Shown in pieces: positions 1-12,090 of a DNA stretch of 64,000 bases (its first letter is position 1; each line of letters begins with the position of its first letter). The notes under the pieces were generated by a model. It did not search any database. It saw only the letters and a list, made by a program, of their open reading frames with translations, and was not told the origin of the DNA. Origin of the DNA: Mobula hypostoma (lineage: Eukaryota); the NCBI RefSeq assembly GCF_963921235.1, contig NC_086097.1, positions 219,420,001 through 219,484,000 of the forward strand, given 5' to 3'. The translations under genes and the position numbers were made by a program.

Positions 1-290
1 AGCTCTCTAATCAATTCTGGTAAATTGCACAACACCCAGTCCAGAATATCTGATCCCCTAGAGCGGTCAACCACAACCTGCTCTAAAAAGCCATCTTGTA
101 GGAACACTAGAAATTCCCCCTCCTTTAATCTGACACGAACCTAACTTTCCCAATCTATCTGCATATTGAAGTCCCCCACAACTATTGTGACATTGCCCTT
201 TTGGCATGCATTTTCCATCTCCTATTGTTACTTATAGACCACATACTTACTACTGTTTGGGAGTCTGCATACAACTTTTGTTAGGAATGG
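1..290 (-). mobile_element. CR1 LINE fragment (ORF2 APE endonuclease region), decayed
   Basis: Minus strand reads KGNVTIVVGDFNMQIDW, the GDFN motif of the CR1 endonuclease; similar to the CR1 at 21577-22410. Confidence 0.75.
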
Positions 291-1362
291 TTGTGACATT
301 GCCACTAATCCTGATATCCCTTTGTTTAACACTGCCATTTTTAATGTGCTTAATCTGCTGTGGAAGTTCTTGATCTGGAAGGCCATATTATTGATAGATA
401 TTAATGAAGTGGCAAACAGTATATAAAGGACAAACGTAGATGGAAAAAATGGGCCTTCAGTACCATTCAATGTGTTCTTTGTTCATAAATTAATACTACG
501 GATTTCCTGTCACCAAATCCCTCAATCCTTTCTTTAACTTGAAATCTATCGAATAATATTTTAACACAAGTTTTTCTGTCTCTATGACCTTTTCAAATAT
601 GTGTTACAGGTATTATGCTTTTAGTCTTCCTTAAAGCAAATTGTTTTAATCTGTATTGAACTGAACAAGAACAAAGTCCTCCCTTCTGATGTAAAGAATA
701 TTGTGTTAAGAATGTTGACCAGACAATTTAGGAGGACACAGTCAAATAATATCCAGCAGTTTTAATACAAAAAGTTGAAATGAAGGTAGTAGAGAATTCT
801 GGGCCATCTTCTGTACATCTATAAAATAAGCATTGATGAATAAAATGACATGCTATCTGCATGAGAGTGTACATGGGATAGAGATGCCCCAAACAAGGCA
901 GCACTATATCAATCAATTTTCATAGAACGGAGGTGATAGGAAAGCAAGGAATGGTGGATCAAAAACAAACCTACAATAGATGAGTTATAACTGGCAAAAA
1001 CATGAAGCCCAACGTTGTCAATGACTTTTTACACAATCATTAGATCATGAATGAGCATGTTTGCTGATGTGGAAGAAAATTGCAAAGTTAAGATCAATTT
1101 GAGTTAAATGTTGTTGTCAAGTTTGTCTAGCTAGATATTGCTTCGGAGCTGGGTCATGAGGGCAACAGGATATGCTGCCTTGCTTGCGCAAGCTAACAAT
1201 AGTCAGGCATCGATCATGTCAGCAATGAGGTATTGTTAAGAATGTAAGAACATAAGAATCTGGCCCATCAAGCATGCTCCACCATTCAATAAGATCATGG
1301 CTGATCTGGCCATGGACTCATCTCCACCTAGCTGCCTTTTCTCCATAACCCTTAATTCCCCT

Positions 1363-1661
1363 GTGTGGCATGTGACCATGTGGTTAGGGTATTGGGCTCA
1401 TGATCTGAAGGTCGTGGATTTGAGTCTCGGCTAAGGCAGCGTGTTGTGTCTTTGAGCAAGGCACTTAACCACACACTGCTCCAGTCCACCCAGCTGAAAA
1501 TGGGTACCAGCAAATGCTGGGGGTTAACCTCACTATAGACTGGCATCCCATCCGGGGGTGGTGGTGGGGGAGTCTCGTACTCTCAGTCGCTTCACGCCAC
1601 AGAAACTGACATAAGCACCGACCTGATGGGCCACAAGGCTCGGGACAGACTTTAACTTTAA
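1363..1661 (+). mobile_element. tRNA-headed SINE with CORE-like central domain
   Basis: 12-bp TSD cttaattcccct at 1351-1362 and 1662-1673. A-box/B-box-like head (tggttagggt...ggatttgagtc), central gtctttgagcaaggcacttaacc...aaaatgggtacc, and a short (actttta)-like tail. Confidence 0.8.
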
Positions 1662-1709
1662 CTTAATTCCCCTACTATGCAAAAATCTAACCAACCTTGT
1701 CTAAAATAT

Positions 1710-2017
1710 CAGCAACATGCATCAAAGTTGCTGGTGAACGCAGCAGGCCAAGCAGCATCTATAGGAAGAGGCGCAGTCGACGTTTCAGGCTGAGACCCTT
1801 CGTCAGGACTAACTGAAGGAAGAGTGAGTAAGGGATTTGAAAGCTGGAGGCTTTCAAATCCCTTACTCACTCTTCCTTCAGTTAGTCCTGACGAAGGGTC
1901 TCAGCCTGAAACGTCGACTGCGCCTCTTCCTATAGATGCTGCTTGGCCTGCTGCGTTCACCAGCAACTTTGATGTATGTTGCTTGAATTTCCAGCATCTG
2001 CAGAATTCCTGTTGTTT
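1710..2017. mobile_element. Palindromic Penelope-like-element (pLTR) derivative
   Basis: 134-bp inverted arms (1711-1844 and 1850-1983, 1 mismatch, 5-nt loop). 13-bp TSD ttgtctaaaatat at 1697-1709 and 2018-2030. The arm matches the 3' region of the Penelope fragment at about 57330-57470. Confidence 0.85.
1884..1919 (+). ncRNA. Minimal type-I hammerhead ribozyme motif (Penelope-associated); mirror copy on the minus strand at 1775-1810
   Basis: agtc-CTGACGA-agg(gtctcag)cct-GAAA-c-GTC-gact: core boxes, stem II, helix I (agtc/gact) and a palindromic acgt helix III. Confidence 0.65.
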
Positions 2018-2930
2018 TTGTCTAAAATATATTTACTGAGGTAGCCTCCACTGCTTCGTTAGGCAGAGAATTCCACAGGTTCTCCACTCTCTGCGAAAAG
2101 GAGTTCCTTCTCATCTCCATCCTAAATCTACTCCCCCAAATCCTGAGGCTATGTTCTCTAGCTCTAGTCTCACCTACCAGTGGAAACAGCTTTCCTGCCT
2201 CTGTCTTATCTATCCCTTTCATAATTTTATGTGCTTCTATAAAATCTCCTCTAACTTTTTGTGAGATTGTCTAGCAAGTACCAAGTAGAGGAACTAACTA
2301 CAAACATGTATTTCTAATTTTGTGCAATGCTCAGGAATGTTAGTAATCTTGCTGATACCTAACAAGTGCTTTGGAAATCGCTGACCCATTATGTTTAGAT
2401 GTTGGCTATTGTCCAAAATTTACAGTATAAATCTAAGATATAACCTGACATTGTGGGAGTCATAAGACAACGGCTTCCCGTGATCATATAATAAAAGGGT
2501 TAACTGTATACCGAGGTGTGCATCTTTATTTCTGTTCCCTAACAGAGTAAAATCTCTCACAGTGATTGGCGGCATAATTCTTTTATGGTAAATCAGAGTA
2601 AATTCTTCTGCAGCTGATAATTTGATAGTGCTCGCCATTTTCAAATTCTGTGATATTGAAACAGTCGATGCCTGCAAGCAGTAACATGCTGGGCAACAGC
2701 CCAATCTTAGGCTAAAATGCGCCAGACATATTTGTGGTACATAGGTAGCAGCCAAAGTCATCTTTGAAAGCAAAGTTCAATTACCAGCATCGCTGTAATC
2801 CCTTGTTGTGGAATCATTAATCAAATTTCACATATTCAAGTGGAATACATGTCTTGTCTTCCAACATTTGAATTAAATGGATGTTTGCTTTCTTTGAAAT
2901 AAATGGTGAGAGATTTTCATGTAAATATAT

Positions 2931-3720
2931 CTCAAAGATTCAAAGTACACCTATTATCAAAGTATGTGTATAGAATACAAATCTGAGATTCATCTTCCCA
3001 CAGGCAGTCATGAAACAAAAAACACCATGGAACCTGTTCAGGAAAACATCGAACACCCAACAGGCGAGAGAAGAACAAATTGCGCAAACAGCAAAAAGCA
3101 ATGGACAATGTATAGAACAACAAACATCATACCAGGAGTCCAGTAGTATTCAGTTTAGCACCATACCATTAGCCCACTTCAGGCCGCAGAGCCAGTGTTC
3201 GCCAAAGAGCCCCAGCCCACATCGATTGCCCCGATCAAAACACTCGAAGGCGACAAAAAAGAGTAAACAGAATCCAGAAACACATGCAACCTGAACTTCA
3301 CAGTCCCCCAAAATAATTCCATGGCCTTGCTGATCAATCTTTACAATGTGGACCCCAAGACTCCTGCACTTTCCTCCAAAAACAGCTAGCAAGAGAGAGA
3401 GGAAGACAGGTCAAACACAGGCAGACTGCACCAAACACCTGCCTGTCCTCTGCACACATCCTCGTTGACTTCACACTTGCTCAATACCTCAATTGGAGGG
3501 AAGCAATGGAGTAGATCATGGACTCGCACCCTGTCTCCAGGCTGTCAGACGTTCCGCTCCAAACATCGCTGACCTCCTTTGGAGTCAGTGAAGCACCAGA
3601 TCGCTCAACAGCCCCAAAACACACCATTAAAAAGCAAATCACAGGCTCCAATCACATGTAGCTTAGAAATAGAGTCATATTTGAAAGAAGAAAAGAAATT
3701 ATAAGACGTAAAGCAAGTAG
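2931..3720 (-). mobile_element. Rex1/Babar-like LINE 3' UTR fragment
   Basis: Starts with the tail tcaaagattcaaagtacacc-ttatcaaagtatg...ctgagattc, shared with 17788, 18285 and (inverted) 9560-9645. Related tails elsewhere in the window are attached to Rex1-like coding remnants. Confidence 0.5.
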
Positions 3721-3729
3721 TTTTGTGAC

Positions 3730-3860
3730 ACAAGAGGTTTTTCAGATGCTGGAGATCTAGAGCAATACATACAATGTGCTGGAGGAGTTCGGCAGGTCAT
3801 GCAGCATCTATGGATGAAAAACCAGTTGACATTCCAGGCCGAGGCCCTTCATCGGGTAGT
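3730..3860 (-). mobile_element. Penelope-derived pLTR fragment
   Basis: cagatgctgga...gcagcatctatgg...gttgacattccaggccgaggcccttcatcggg is homologous to the palindrome arms. Confidence 0.65.
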
Positions 3861-3902
3861 TTCTGAACTGTCTGCAGGACATCCTGCATAAGGATTGAGA
3901 AG

Positions 3903-5175
3903 CAGACTTCCCACCTCTCCCGGAAGTTCCGGGAGTCTCTGGCATATTAATAGTGGCTCCCTGATGCCCGCAAATTATATACGCTATCACTGAAATCAAT
4001 TTTTTTGAAAGCGAGCGAGCGGGAGAAAGCAAGAGAGAGCGTGAGAGCGACCACGAGAGAGCAAGAGCAAGCAAGCAAGAGCACGCGAGCGAGAAAGTGA
4101 GAGAGAAAGCAAGTGAGAGCGCGAGAGAGAGCGAGAGAGCACGCGAGTGCCCATGAGAGAGAGAGAGAGCACGAGCGAGAGAGCGCGCGAGTGCCCATGA
4201 GAGAGAGAGAGAGCACGAGCGAGAGAACGTGCGAGTGCCCATGTGAGAGAGAGAGAGAGCACGAGCGAGAGAGAGTAAGAGAGTGCGCGAGTGCCCATGA
4301 GAGAGAGAGAGAGAGCACGAGCGAGAGTGCCCATGAGAGAGAGAGAGAGCACAAGCGAGAGAGAGAGCGAGAGTGCCCATGAGAGAGAGAGAGCACAAGC
4401 GAGAGAGAGAGCGAGTGTGCCCATGAGAGAGAGAGAGAGCACGAGCGAGAGAGAGAGCGAGAGTGCCCATGAGAGAGAGAGAGAGAGTGCCCATGAGAGA
4501 GAGAGAGAGCACGAGCGAGAGTGCCCATGAGAGAGAGAGAGAGCACAAGCGAGAGAGAGAGCGAGAGTGCCCATGAGAGAGAGAGAGCACAAGCGAGAGA
4601 GAGAGCGAGTGTGCCCATGAGAGAGAGAGCGAGAGTGCCCATGAGAGAGAGAGAGAGAGAGTGCCCATGAGAGAGAGAGAGAGCACGAGCGAGAGAGAGC
4701 GCGCGAGTGCCCATGAGAGAGAGAGAGAGCGAGAGTGCCCATGAGAGAGAGAGAGAGCACGGGCGAGAGAGAGAGCGAGAGTGCCCATGAGAGAGAGAGA
4801 GAGCACGAGCGAGAGAGGGAGCGAGAGCGCGCCATGGCAAAAAAAGAAAATATAAAACATACGTCACCCCAGACTACACTAAAGTGTACCCCTGCCTAAT
4901 AGGGGTCAAAATAATGACAGTGTTGCTCACCGCACTGTTTGCAACAGTGACTTTTCTATGGCCCATGGTGGGTTAAGACTGTAAAAGACATGTTGAGGTG
5001 AGTTTAACAGGTGTCATTCGTTCATTAGCATAGCTAACGTTATTTAAACTAGCTGGCTAGCTGCTAAGGAGCTACTCTATTGCAGACATCCCACCTCTCC
5101 CGGAAGTTCCAGTAGTCTCCCGCAGATTGATGGCGCTACCTCCCTGAAATGAGTTTTTGCAGGGTGGGATGTCTG
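3903..5175. mobile_element. Non-autonomous DNA transposon (TIR element, possibly hAT-related)
   Basis: 13-bp TIR cagacttcccacc / ggtgggatgtctg (1 mismatch). 6-bp TSD gagaag at 3897-3902 and 5176-5181. An internal direct copy of the left end starts at 5083. Confidence 0.7.
4010..4835 (+). repeat. GA-rich compound minisatellite
   Basis: 17 copies of gtgcccat separated by variable (ga)n and gcac(g/a)agc blocks. Confidence 0.95.
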
Positions 5176-7679
5176 GAGAAGGATTGTTGATTTTTGCATT
5201 CACTATGTAGGCAAAATGGAATATGTTCTGGAAATAATAAATAACATCTGTTAATTTGCAAGCGAAGGTCTTTTAAACTCTCATGTTGTTGACTAATGAA
5301 TATTTTCTGAACATCATAGATGCACAGATTTCCGTGCTTTATTGTAGTCTGTACTTAAGTTCAACTACCCCATGCATACTTACAAATCTTCTCCATTTTG
5401 ACAAGATGTATTAATTTAGCTCAATAATAAAGTTGATAAAGGAAAACCAGCACAACAATGTGTGCCCTTGTAACAGGTACTACAAGGGCACACATTGAGA
5501 CATCATATTTTACCAAATATAAAACTTCAATTATAAAGCAAAAAATAAACCGTGAAGTAATTTTTGGAACCATTTTTTAAAATATCCAATTTTTTCAAGT
5601 AATATCTATGGTGTGTTCATAGATTTAGGACTGCTGACATAATGTAGCTTTTGGCTAGTTGACACTAACTTTCTTTTTATCTCTGTGAAAGTTACAGCAA
5701 TGTAATAAGTTTTGCATGATCACCCATACGACATAGAATTCACTGTAAAACATCATGCAGTAGCAATTTAGCAATAGGCCTCCCACTGAGATTTTTGAAA
5801 GGTTTTCTTTAAAAAATTATTACCTATCTGTCATCATTCCATCAACTATATTTCTGTCCTTGTGCCAACAGTAACATAAGTTACTCCATAATATTTATTT
5901 TGTAATTTTAGCGTAAATCTCAAAGAGCAACATCAGAAAATGAGCTGGCTACTAAATTTAACTGAATAGCTATGAACAGTCACAACTATGGCAAATGCAT
6001 GCAAAGTACTACTATGGTTGAGGCCCTGTTATTCTATGAATTTCTGGAAATGTGTCCCAAGTCAGCAGAACTAAGCTCTCCGTAATGTAACAGTTTTACG
6101 TTTTATTCCTGTTCTTGGCTGTGACTGCGGCCTACATTGATAAAGTTCATGTGCATACAGTATTTTAATATGCAAGATAACAAAGTGCCAAATACAATCA
6201 TAGGATAACCATAGCAATTAAAGTAAAGTGGCAATAATTGACTTTGCTCCTATACCAAATCGATGTTTATTCTGAGAGATATTTTAGCTCAGAAATGAAT
6301 TAAATAAATGCATTGACTCCTATGGTAAAGGAGCACACAGTGCAATGTTATATGAACACATTGACCCCTTATCCAGCAATATCACTGGCCTTCATTTAAA
6401 GGCTTAATTAATTTTGCCATTTGAAAATGTGTTTTCCAAATTTTTGACAAGATTCTATACTGAACCTGTTTTTTTTATTCTGAAAATTGAAAATTGAGAA
6501 CAAATTAACATTCTCAAGAATTGGTTCAGCAAAAAAAAATCATCTTGCGTGTCTTGTTTCCACTTTAGAATTCGAGTTTCCAGAAATTTCAAAAGGAGTT
6601 TGTATGAGTAACTAGTAACAATAGCATGTTGTGCTTTGGAGACCCAAATTCAATTCAATTAGTATTACAAAAAAAATAGAGCTATGTGGAAAGAACAGTA
6701 AAATTGGATTAATTGGGTAGCTCCTTCACAAAGCACAATGGACTGAATGTCTTCCTGTGTGCTTCTATGATTTATGTAAACAGGGCATTAAATTAGGCTC
6801 TGAATGCAGAACTAGTGAATATGTGAATAAGCCTGCACGAGACTGCAAAAGATCTTTTTCCCAATGGTTGCCGAAAACGATAAAGGGAATAACAAATTTG
6901 AAATCAAATTGGAGATTAAAGAAGAAAATGGGCAGGAATGATCACCCACTGAGGTTTATTTTGGATGAATTGCAAGAGAACTTCAGCAGAAAGTACGTGG
7001 GACAAGATGTGGCTTCGGATAGATGTTGTGAGATAGATGTTGAAACTGTATCAATTTCACTCAGCGCATTAAAAAATACAGTTCATAAAACGGAATAATT
7101 TCTGAAGGATTGCTGGATTTACATGTTGTGAAATAAAATTCACTATGACCTTGTTAAGTCAGATGGGGACCTGACTCCAGGGTCACTCTGTCACATTTGC
7201 AATGAATCAGGAACTCCCTCAAAAAATGACAGTCATACTGAGCTCTTTAGACCGGAACAAACCCTCCTTTCAACTTCTTCAGCAGAAAGACTCATATGAA
7301 AAAGCTGGAACAATATTTCAGAGGCAGATGATTCAGATGAAATATTTCAGAGGCAAATTTGTTATTGGACTGTTTATGATCTTTTCAAATAGCCAATTAT
7401 ACAAACTATTTTCTCTTTCCAGATTAACATGATAGGTAGTAATTCTGATCTCACTGACGTTACTTGTGGCCTCACAAAGTAAGCATTTTTTTAATATAAA
7501 TACCAATTTTCAATTCACAATAAGGTTCAAACTTGGGATCTAAGGACAACCCCAGTTAAAATAAATGGAATGGTATCTTTGTAACTGGTATGCACGATAA
7601 CCATCTGATGCTTGTCCTCAAATGTCAAAGTTTGCAATAATGCAGTACGGGATCCAACCCCTTGTAACATTCATGTTGA

Positions 7680-8553
7680 AATCTTGGATAGGTTGGGTGA
7701 GTGGGCAAACTCATGGCAGATGCAATTTAATGTGGATAAATGTGAAGTTATCCACTTTGGTGGCAAAAATAGGAAAACAGATTATTATCTGAATGGTGGC
7801 CGATTAGGAAAAGGGGCTGTGCAATGAGACCTGGGTGTCATTATACACCAGTCATTGAAAGTGGGCATGCAGGTACAGCAGGCGGTGAAAAAGGCGAATG
7901 GTATGCTGGCATTTATAGCGAGAGGATTCGAGTACAGGAGCAGGGAGGTACTACTGCAGTTGTACAAGGCCTTGGTGAGACCACACCTGGAGTATTGTGT
8001 GCAGTTTTGGTCCCCTAATCTGAGGAAAGACATCTTTGCCATAGAGGGAGTACAAAGAAGGTTCACCAGATTGATTCCTGGGATGGCAGGACTTTCATAT
8101 GAAGAAAGACTGGATGAACTGGGCTTGTACTCGTTGGAATTTAGAAGATTGAGGGGGGATCTGATTGAAACATATAAGATCCTAAAGGGATTGGACAGGC
8201 TAGATGCAGGAAGATTGTTCCCGATGTTGGGGAAGTCCAGAACGAGGGGTCACAGTTTGAGGATAGAGGGGAAGCCTTTTAGGACCGAGATTAGGAAAAA
8301 CTTCTTCACACAGAGAGTGGTGAATCTGTGGAATTCTCTGCCACAGGAAACTGTTGAGGCCAGTTCATTGGCTATGTTTAAGAGGGAGTTAGATATGGCC
8401 CTTGTGGCTACAGGGGTCAGGGGGTATGGAGGGAAGGCTGGGGCGGGGTTCTGAGTTGGATGATCAGCCATGATCATAATAAATGGCGGTGCAGGCTCGA
8501 AGGGCCGAATGGCCTACTCCTGCACCTATTTTCTATGTTTCTATGTTTCTATG
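7680..8553 (+). mobile_element. 5'-truncated, relatively young CR1 LINE
   Basis: ORF 7855-8454 is the CR1 ORF2 C-terminus (LVRPHLEYCVQFWSP...TRGHSL); tail (ttctatgt)n at about 8530-8553. Confidence 0.92.
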
Positions 8554-9289
8554 AAACTTAAGATGCGTACCAGATCCAAATGTAGGTGATAAATGTTATT
8601 AGGAATCATAGAACTATTATAAAATAGAAGAAGAGCAGTCAGATCCATGAGTCCATGCAGTTAACTAATATGTTCTAGTAACCAGGTTTCAGGCCTCATT
8701 TTTTCCCCTAGAATTTAATTTGTAAGTTGAAGATGGGCATATTCGATGCTAAATTACATTTTAGCTCAGAGACTTTTTGTCTGACAAAGTGTCAGTGATT
8801 TGAAACATTAGGGAAAATTTAAGAGACTCTTAGATTGATCTTAAAGTAGATAAAAGGTTGGCATAATATCATAGCCTGAAGGGCATGTTCTGTGCTCTGT
8901 GGTTCTATGTTCTATGTTGTGTCAACATTTGCCGACTGTCCAGCTGAGTATTTCTAACACTTCCTATTTTTTATTTCAAATTTCTGTTATTTGCATTTTC
9001 TATTATTTCCAATTTATTCTACGTGGATTTTAATTGAAATTCCACCCACTGCAGTTTGGATTTATCCCTGATTGCAAGTATCTACAAGATGTTCGATGCT
9101 TCCTTGACCACCCTTAGCATTTAATCCTCCTCCTGAGCTCATTGTCTGCTGTCTTCACCCTCACAATATTTCCCTTTGACAGGGATCTTCACCACAAGTA
9201 GTGGACTCATTCTGGGTTTCAAAATTCACAATCAACCCACAACCCTCCCCCTACCACTTATCCCTACTTTTTAATTCTAAACTCCTGGT

Positions 9290-9645
9290 GTGACACTCAC
9301 CTTCTCAATTTTTCCAATCCAGCAACTCTGTCTTTTATTCTTTCTTTTGCCCATTCTTTCTTGTTGCCTCTGACACAATCTGTTTGTTTGGGCCTTTTGT
9401 GCGGGGTGTGGTTTGGTTTTGGAGGCTTGATGTTCTTGTTGCTGCATGCGAGATTTGTTTGGTTTTTTTGCATGGGTTTAGATGTTCTTGTTGCTGCCAG
9501 CACGGTTTTCTCTTTTAAATGGAGGCGGTTGATGTTCTTGTTTGAACAGCTTCCATTTTTTTAATTTCGCGGCTATCGGGAGAAAACGAATCTCAAGTTG
9601 TTAACTGCATACATACTTTTGATAGTAAATGTACCTTGAAGCATG
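9290..9645 (+). mobile_element. Rex1/Babar-like LINE 3' UTR fragment
   Basis: Ends in gaatctcaagttg...catacatacttttgatagtaaatgtaccttgaa, the reverse of the tail at 2931. Confidence 0.45.
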
Positions 9646-9689
9646 AACTCTCTAACCTCTGAACTTGCAGCATTTCATGCACCAGATGT

Positions 9690-10630
9690 CAATATCATGA
9701 TTAAACTGGCTGACAAGGGAAGTGCCATTGTTTGATGTTCCAATCATTACGTTACAATGACTAAATATCAGCACTCTGAGACCTCTTTGTAAATCTCTCT
9801 CAACCATGACCCAGGGCAGAATACCAGCCCACTATTTTCCAGGTAGCTCCTGACCTCATTTCCTCTGGAGATCCTCTTGGGCTTTCAACCACTCACAATC
9901 CACCTCTACCTCCTCCCCATGATCCACAAGGAAAGCTGTCCTCAGTTGCCCATTGTTTTGGGCTGTTTATGTCCTACAGAATTCATTTTGTTCCATCATA
10001 ACTTTATTCTTTCTGTCCATCCATTCTTTTTTCCACCACATCCACAGCTAATTGCTTTACAGAACACCGCTTTTTGTTGCAAGGATAGCCCAGATTTTCT
10101 CCTTACCTGACAATTTATTTCTCAATTCCAATCCTTCCTTGGGCTTCCTTCCTTCTGAATCCAAACTTATTCTCACAAATGCAAAGTCAAGGAGAATGAC
10201 CTCATTTTACAGTCTCTTGACTTAGTGCTGATTTCAGCAGTTTAAGAATATCATCGGCCTTACCTTTGTATCACTCATTTGCAGCATTAATTTAGTTTTT
10301 CTCGTTCTTTCTTCCCTTTTATGCTGGTAATTTCAAATATTTGTTTGCCTTCTTCAGTTTTCACTTGTTCCGGATCAGCCATTACTACATTATCATTGCT
10401 GTTGTCCTGCCTTCCATTCAGAAACAGACATTTCCCTTTTATTATTTCCTCCGCTCTTTCTTTCCCTACAACTTGAAAGAGGTTTAACCTCCGACTTTCC
10501 CCAGACATGAAGAAAGACCATCAGAATCAGAATCTGGCATGTGTCGTGAAATTTGTCAACTTGAAACATTAACTCTGTTCATTTCTGTTCAGATGCTGTC
10601 TGACATGCTGACTCTTTCCAGCACCCTCTG
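9690..10630 (+). mobile_element. Decayed Penelope-like element (RT remnants and pLTR)
   Basis: IKLADKGSAIV (about 9700) and LYLLPMIHK..PIV (about 9905) match Penelope RT motifs (KPADKG, LPKIHK). A pLTR-like end lies at 10560-10630. Confidence 0.65.
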
Positions 10631-11059
10631 CTTTATCATAGTCAGTGTCAAGCCCGTCTTCCATTCTTTCCTGCTGATCTGCTGTTTCCTCATGCATTAT
10701 CTTTCATTATTTCTCACTGCATTCCCTTTTATTTAACATGCAGTCACTTGCCTATAAGTCATTCATTATTTTAATTTTGAACTCTTTAAGTTTAACTGCC
10801 TGCTGCTCTAGGAATTGACCTTATGCAACTCACTGAGCATTTTTAATTGGAAACACTGAATCCATGCTTGGATCACTAAAGATAATCTTCATCAATGTGT
10901 TTCCAACTTCAATACATGATGTTAGTTAGAATCATTTCCCTGTGTGGATGTATCAAGCTTATTTACCATTTCAATTGTTTATGGACACTCTTAATGGGAT
11001 GGGGAGTTCAATGTTAATATGTTGAAACGTTGGTATTCTTCATTGTATACTGGTGTTAT

Positions 11060-12090
11060 GGTAGTGTAGTAGTTAGTGCAATTGCTATATAACACATGGT
11101 ACAAAAGTGTCAGGTCTCACACTACCAAGTTCAACCATCAGGCTCTTGAATAAAAGGGGATAACTGCTCTCAACTTCACTTACCCCATCATTGAAATGTT
11201 CCCACAAGCAATGATCTCACTTTCAATGGCTCTTTATTTTATTATCTCATGCTCTCGTTATTTATTGCTACTACCTACATTCGCAGCTGCACAGTTTGTT
11301 GTCTCAGCACTCTGGGTGATCTTTTACTGATCCTGTTATAGTTACTGTTCTAAAGATTTGCTGAGTATGCCCACAAGAAAATGAATATCAGGGTTGTATA
11401 TGGTTAATATATGTACTTTGATAACAAATTTACTTTACTTTCATCCCCAGCTGGGGTTTGATTCCCGTCATTGTCTGTAAGGAATTTGAACATTCTTCCC
11501 GTGGTTTTCCTCCGGGTGCTCTGGTTTCCTCCCACATTCTTAAAATTCTTTGGAGCGCAGAAGGTTGAGGGGGGACTTGATAGAGGTATTTAAAATTATG
11601 AGGGGGATAGATAGAGTTGATGTGGATAAGCTAATTTTCCATTGAGGGTAGTGGAGATTCAAATAAGAGGACATGAGTTGAGAGGGGGCAAAAGTTTAGG
11701 GGTAACACGAGGGGGAAATTTACTCAGAGAGTGGTAGCTGTGTGGAACGAGCTTCCAGTAGAAGTAGTAGAGGCAGGTTCGATATTGTCATTTAAAGTAA
11801 AATTGGATAGGTATAGGGACAGGAAAGGAATGGAGGGTTATGGACTGAGTGCAGGTCGGTGGGCTAGGTGAGAGTATGCATTCGGCACAGACTGGAAGGG
11901 CCGAGATGGCCTGTTTCCATGCTGTAATTGTTATATGATTATATATGATTTACGGGTTATGGCTAGTAAATTTAGGGCAAACTATGTTGGCGCAAGAAGT
12001 GTGGCAATACTTGCACAATCTTCAGTAATTCGCAGCATTTCACTGTACGTTTCAATGTTTTGATGTACGTGTGACAAGTAGAGCGTATCT
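11060..12090 (+). mobile_element. V-SINE/HE1-like SINE interrupted by a Rex1-like tail (about 11090-11440) and a CR1 3' fragment (about 11545-11950)
   Basis: V-domain-like gtggttttcctccgggtgctctggtttcctcccacatt at about 11500-11540. The CR1 ORF2 end (RRLRGDLIEVFKIM) starts at about 11560. Confidence 0.6.

Larger units (their letters stand above)
1240..2250 (-). mobile_element. CR1 LINE 3' end, interrupted by a SINE and a Penelope-derived palindrome
   Basis: ORF 2022-2222 gives the CR1 ORF2 C-terminus (RRNSFSQRVENLWNSLP). A CR1-type 3' UTR and tail lie at 1240-1350. The sequence is continuous once the two TSD-flanked inserts are removed. Confidence 0.85.

Noticed and set aside
1363..1440. tRNA genes (here and at 62020-62089)
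   Set aside because: These are tRNA-like SINE heads bounded by TSDs, with no complete cloverleaf evident.
4140..4800. Regularly spaced gtgcccat repeats as a CRISPR-like array
   Set aside because: Spacers are low-complexity (ga)n rather than unique sequence, the context is eukaryotic, and no cas genes are present.
3808..4867. Long ORFs of 279-350 aa (SL-rich and RE-rich)
   Set aside because: Translations of the GA minisatellite; open in several frames only because the repeat lacks stop codons.
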